Source: Ignavibacteriales bacterium
GTDB taxonomy: Bacteria > Bacteroidota > Ignavibacteria > UBA10030 > UBA6906
Length of the DNA: 64,000 bases
Assembly: GCA_037441705.1 (NCBI GenBank)
Contig: JBBIRR010000022.1
Span: 1 to 64,000, forward strand
Direction of reading: 5' to 3'
The position numbers and the translations under genes are program-made. Shown here one piece after another: positions 59,886-64,000 of this stretch (position 1 is its first letter; every line of letters starts with the position of its first letter). The notes beneath the pieces were generated by a model, which was not told where the DNA came from, made no database searches, and saw only the letters and a list, made by a program, of their open reading frames with translations.

Positions 59886-61764
59886 GTTTCGCCCTCCTTA
59901 TCCCAAGCTGTGATTCTAACTCAACACACAACGCTTTGAATACCTCGATCGCCTCCCTCTCCCTCTCACCCAACCGATAGTTGAATCCGGCCAGGTACTC
60001 CTGCGTCTCGACATCGGAAAGGCCGAGGACACTCCCGTGTAATCCGGCAACGGCAACAAAATCCTCCTCCGACTTCTCAAGCGAAGCGGAGACAATATCC
60101 TTCAACTCATCTTTTTTCTCTTCGGGCAGCGATTTCTTCATCGCCCACACGGCAAACACGAACGGCAACTTCTGCCACTCATACCACTCCTTCGCAAGGT
60201 CGAACACGAGTTCGAAGCCATCGAGTCCCTTTTTGTTGTGCTTCAGTGCTTCGTCGCCGATCAGCAGAACGGCGTCGTAGCGGGAGTAATCATTCACGCC
60301 CGAGTGCATGCGTTCAAACACAGCGCGCACGCCATGTTTCTTCTCTAACAGCACCTGCAAGAGCCTGACCGACGTGGACGTATCATCCGTAACGCCGATG
60401 CGCTTGCCATCGAGATCTGCCCATCCCTCTTTCGAAAACAACATCACGCTCTTCACCTGGTCGCGGGTTGCAATGCACCAACCCATCAGTTCAAGTCGTT
60501 CTTCCTGCTGGAGATAGTCCATCAGGGAAAACGGACCCGCGTCGATTTGCCCCAACATACTGAGGATGCCCATCCGCCGCGGGGCAACCGGCAGAATCTT
60601 GTACTGCCGCTTCTCCATGTGCGCATAGAACGGAACAGAGTTGAGATACGGAATCTTCCCGATGACGTTGTCGGCGTAGACGCTGAGTGGATTGTAGAAG
60701 ACGTCACGCTCGACAGGAATCTTCCCAGCATCCTTGATGATGCGGATGAGCTGATCCTTGGCAAGCTGCATTGGTGTGATCGCTCCAGCGTCGTGGGCGA
60801 TCTTTTCTCCGCCCACCGTGCCGTCCATGTCATCCGCGCCGAAGTTCAACGCCATCGCCGCAACCTCCTCCGTCAGCATCACCCAGTACGCCTTGATGTG
60901 GGGGAAATTGTCGAGCATAAGCCGCGACACGGCGATCGTCTTCAAGTCATCGATGGCGGAGGTGAACTGGTTCTTCGGCTTGATACCCGTATCGCCGGGC
61001 TGGAATGCAAGAGGAATGAATGTCAGGAACCCGCCCGTCTCATCCTGCACCTCGCGCAGCTTCATCATATGGATGAGTCGCTCTTCGAGAGTCTCGATAT
61101 GACCGTAAAGCATGGTGCTGTTGGTCGGGATACCGAGTCGGTGCGCGGTGCGATGGACCTCGAACCACCCTTTGGCTCCAATCTTCTGTGGGAAGAGGAG
61201 CTTGCGCACGCGTTCCGAAAATACTTCCGCTCCGCCGCCGGGCATCGTTCGAAGTCCCGCATCGCGCAGTTGCCGCAGGACTTCTTCGATGGGCATCTTG
61301 AATTTTTTGTGGAAGAAATCAATTTCCACCGCCGTGAACGCCTTCACATCCATTTCCGGATACTTCTCATGAATCGAGCGGACGATGTCAACGTACCGCT
61401 CCCAGGGCCAGTCCGGCGGCATGCCTCCGGTGATATGGACTTCGTGAATGTGCGGGGTGAGCTTGTCGAGAATCTCCTGCGTCGTCATCTCGTACGCATC
61501 GGGCCGACCCTTCTTCGTCGCAAAGTCGCAGAACTTGCAGGAGAGGACACAGATGTTCGTGTGCTCGATCTTCTGGTTCAGGACGAAGTAGACGGCGTCG
61601 CCGCTCTTTTGCTGCTGGACGTAGTGCGCCATCTTGCCGAGCGCCAGAAGATCATGGGTCTTGTACAGCGTCATCCCATCTTCGAGCGTCAGACGGTTGC
61701 CGCGCAGGACTTTGTGCCAGATGGGAATGAGGGATGTGTCTCGAAATCGGATTTCGGCAGTCAT
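59878..61764 (-). CDS. mqnE: Aminofutalosine synthase MqnE fused to chorismate dehydratase MqnA
   Basis: N-terminal HTNICVLSCKFCDF, HIKAYWVM and DMDGTV; C-terminal GKIPYLNSVP, VKSVMLFS, TSVRL, LLIGDEAL and LPFVFAVW (MqnA). Confidence 0.88.
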   Translation of the reverse strand: MTAEIRFRDTSLIPIWHKVLRGNRLTLEDGMTLYKTHDLLALGKMAHYVQQQKSGDAVYFVLNQKIEHTNICVLSCKFCDFATKKGRPDAYEMTTQEILDKLTPHIHEVHITGGMPPDWPWERYVDIVRSIHEKYPEMDVKAFTAVEIDFFHKKFKMPIEEVLRQLRDAGLRTMPGGGAEVFSERVRKLLFPQKIGAKGWFEVHRTAHRLGIPTNSTMLYGHIETLEERLIHMMKLREVQDETGGFLTFIPLAFQPGDTGIKPKNQFTSAIDDLKTIAVSRLMLDNFPHIKAYWVMLTEEVAAMALNFGADDMDGTVGGEKIAHDAGAITPMQLAKDQLIRIIKDAGKIPVERDVFYNPLSVYADNVIGKIPYLNSVPFYAHMEKRQYKILPVAPRRMGILSMLGQIDAGPFSLMDYLQQEERLELMGWCIATRDQVKSVMLFSKEGWADLDGKRIGVTDDTSTSVRLLQVLLEKKHGVRAVFERMHSGVNDYSRYDAVLLIGDEALKHNKKGLDGFELVFDLAKEWYEWQKLPFVFAVWAMKKSLPEEKKDELKDIVSASLEKSEEDFVAVAGLHGSVLGLSDVETQEYLAGFNYRLGEREREAIEVFKALCVELESQLGIRRAKHG

Positions 61765-61885
61765 CGTGTTCAAGATTGCTTTCAAAAGTCCGTAAAATAT
61801 ACGGACTTTCGCGACTGCGAGCAACCGAGTATCAGGCGCGCGGCGAATGTGTTTCGCGTCTCATCTGGCGCGAAGAGGAGTCGAA

Positions 61886-62830
61886 TCAATCATGCTGGCT
61901 CTCGAGCCATCGTTCGGCATCAATTGCCGCGGCACAGCCGGAACCCGCCGCCGTCACCGCCTGCCGATACACGCTGTCGGCAACGTCGCCTGCAGCAAAC
62001 ACGCCCGGGATATTCGTGCGTGTGGTGCGTCCTTGCAGCTTCAGGTATCCGACCTCGTCCATCTCAAGTTGGCCCTTGAACAGATCGGTGTTGGGTTTGT
62101 GTCCGATGCCGATGAAGACACCGTCCACATTCATCTCGCTGATCGCGCCGGTTTTCACGTTCTTCAAGCGCACGCCGGTCACCGTTTTCTTTCCGTTCTC
62201 CGTCTTGCCCAGAATCTCTTCGATAACCGAGTCCCACACGAACGAAATCTTCGGATTCTTGAACGCTCTCTCCTGCATGATCTTGGAAGCACGGAGTTGG
62301 TCACGCCGATGGACAATCGTGACCTTCGAGGCAAACTTGGTGAGGAAGGTTGCTTCTTCGATTGCCGTGTCACCGCCGCCGACGACAATCACCTCCTGAT
62401 TCTTGAAGAAAAATCCGTCGCACGTTGCGCAGGCGGAAACGCCGTAGCCCATGTATTCCTTTTCAGATGGAATGCCCAACAGTTTCGCCGATGCACCGGT
62501 TGCGACAATCACCGCATCGGCCGTGTACTCATCCTCATCGGCCCAGAGTCTGAACGGACGGCGGGAGAAATCAACTTTCGTTACCGTCTTGTAGACGCAT
62601 GTTGCCCCGAAGCGCTGCGCCTGTGCGCGCATGTTCTCCATCAGCTCCGGACCCATGATGCCGTTGGTGAAGCCCGGATAGTTCTCTACTTCCGTTGTAA
62701 TCGTGAGTTGCCCTCCGGGCTGAATGCCTTCGAAGACTAATGGATTGAGGTTCGCTCTTCCGGCATACAACGCGGCGGTGAATCCCGCCGGTCCTGAGCC
62801 GATGATGATGACTTTGCGATGCGTTGCCAT
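61886..62830 (-). CDS. trxB: Thioredoxin reductase
   Basis: GSGPAG, GGQL, CATCDG, GGGDTA and FAAGDV motifs. Confidence 0.97.
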   Translation of the reverse strand: MATHRKVIIIGSGPAGFTAALYAGRANLNPLVFEGIQPGGQLTITTEVENYPGFTNGIMGPELMENMRAQAQRFGATCVYKTVTKVDFSRRPFRLWADEDEYTADAVIVATGASAKLLGIPSEKEYMGYGVSACATCDGFFFKNQEVIVVGGGDTAIEEATFLTKFASKVTIVHRRDQLRASKIMQERAFKNPKISFVWDSVIEEILGKTENGKKTVTGVRLKNVKTGAISEMNVDGVFIGIGHKPNTDLFKGQLEMDEVGYLKLQGRTTRTNIPGVFAAGDVADSVYRQAVTAAGSGCAAAIDAERWLESQHD

Positions 62831-62893
62831 TTTCTTCCTTTACGTGAAACGGTGATGATCGTAAGAATGTATGTTCCCGTGCATTAGATGCAG

Positions 62894-63847
62894 CTACTCT
62901 GTCTTGCGGGTCACTTCTGCGTGATGAGCTTCCGCTACGATCTGAATGTTCCGCTTCAAGCCCGCGAGTTTCGTCCGCTTGACGGGACTTCGCCTGAACT
63001 TCTCGCGGAATTCCTCCTCCGTCATTTCTGCCCACGCCTCCAGGCGCGGCGCAAGGTTCTCCGGTCTCGGATGGAATCCTTGCTCATGGGTCTCGACAGC
63101 AAATTTCTGGTTCCACGGGCATACATCCTGACATATGTCGCAACCGTAGATCCAATTCTCGAATCTCTCTCGCACACCGCCTTCGATCTCTCCGCGATGC
63201 TCGATGGTAAGATACGAGAGGCATTTTGCCGAATCGATCACGTAGGGTTCAACAATCGCTTCCGTCGGGCACGCCTCGATGCACAACGTGCATGTCCCGC
63301 AATGATCGGTCGCAGGCGCATCATAGTCCAGCTCCAGCGTCGTGATGATCTCGCCCAGAAAGACCCATGAGCCGACTTCCTGCGTGATAACATTCGAGTT
63401 CTTTGCGATCCATCCGATGCCGGCACGCTGCGCCCATACCTTGTCCATGACCGGCCCGGTATCAACGTAATACCTGCCTTCGGCACCGGGAAACTCACGC
63501 TGCAGCCAGTCCCAGAACGCCTTCAGCTTCTCACCAACAATATCGTGATAATCGTCGCCCCATGCGTAGCGCGAGATTTTGCCGACGCCCGGCTCATCGG
63601 CGTGTTCAGCCGACGTGTAGTAGTTCAGCGCCACGCAGATGACAGATTTCGCCCCGGGCACAATCCGACGCGGATCGCTGCGTTTTTCAACGTTGCGCGC
63701 CATCCAGTCCATCGTCGCATGATAGCCGCGAGCGATCCATTCCCGCAAACGGCCTGCTTCCTCGATCACCTCTTCCGCCTTTGCGATCCCGACCTTCGTG
63801 AACCCCAACTCAAGGGCTTTTCTTTTTATTCTCTCCGTCGGCGTCAT
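62894..63847 (-). CDS. queG: Epoxyqueuosine reductase
   Basis: SRYAWGDDYH, CGTCTLCIEACPT, CLSYLTIE and GCDICQDVCPWN motifs. Confidence 0.95.
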   Translation of the reverse strand: MTPTERIKRKALELGFTKVGIAKAEEVIEEAGRLREWIARGYHATMDWMARNVEKRSDPRRIVPGAKSVICVALNYYTSAEHADEPGVGKISRYAWGDDYHDIVGEKLKAFWDWLQREFPGAEGRYYVDTGPVMDKVWAQRAGIGWIAKNSNVITQEVGSWVFLGEIITTLELDYDAPATDHCGTCTLCIEACPTEAIVEPYVIDSAKCLSYLTIEHRGEIEGGVRERFENWIYGCDICQDVCPWNQKFAVETHEQGFHPRPENLAPRLEAWAEMTEEEFREKFRRSPVKRTKLAGLKRNIQIVAEAHHAEVTRKTE

Positions 63848-63875
63848 CCGCGTTCCGTATGAACCCCAGTGCATC

Positions 63876-64000
63876 CTACGGCGTCTTGCTGTCCCGCTCT
63901 CTTCCGAGGAATACCAGTCCGCCTTCGACCTTCACAGGATAAGTTTTCACCCTCCCCTCCCCAGTTGCGGCTATGCCCGTCTCCAGCGAATAGGACCACC
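63876..64000 (-). CDS. Rieske 2Fe-2S ferredoxin-like protein, C-terminal fragment (5' end outside the window)
   Basis: Reads WSYSLETGIAATGEGRVKTYPVKVEGGLVFL...*, matching the Rieske ferredoxin C-terminus after CPxHG. Confidence 0.55.
   Translation of the reverse strand, partial: WSYSLETGIAATGEGRVKTYPVKVEGGLVFLGRERDSKTP

Noticed and set aside
63945-63965. Suspected frameshift in the C/G runs of the terminal Rieske fragment
   Set aside because: Recounting the bases shows the frame is continuous.

Overview
64 kb of gene-dense chromosome, most likely from an Ignavibacteria-like (FCB / 'Bacteroidota_A') bacterium. That placement is inferred from eight genes ending in the QNYPNPFN-type T9SS C-terminal sorting domain (CTD), futalosine-pathway menaquinone genes and a Bacteroidota-type ExbB-ExbD-ExbD-TonB-PstS-like-TPR operon. 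Main blocks: (1) ubiA/ubiX/ubiD-like late menaquinone genes plus a thioesterase; (2) a GWxTD protein; (3) an OTCase-carbamate kinase-cDPGS-like (arginine synthetase, ArcE-type) operon with no arginine deiminase, preceded by a sigma54-type promoter; (4) a tandem array of five secreted CTD proteins whose CTD-coding DNA is mosaic and homogenised, and carries in-frame heptamer repeats and a palindromic insert; (5) a REP/MITE-rich spacer; (6) a hicBA module bracketed by a 50-bp duplication of the copA 3' end; (7) copZA with an HMA-AraC regulator, and a distant cus-type RND operon that shares an upstream motif; (8) the TonB operon; (9) a multi-PAS hybrid kinase and housekeeping genes; (10) an mqnE-mqnA fusion, a RelBE-type module with a doubly frameshifted toxin, mqnC, trxB and queG. 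No rRNA, tRNA, CRISPR array, integrase or intact transposase was seen. All calls come from motif recognition by eye; no database searches were run.
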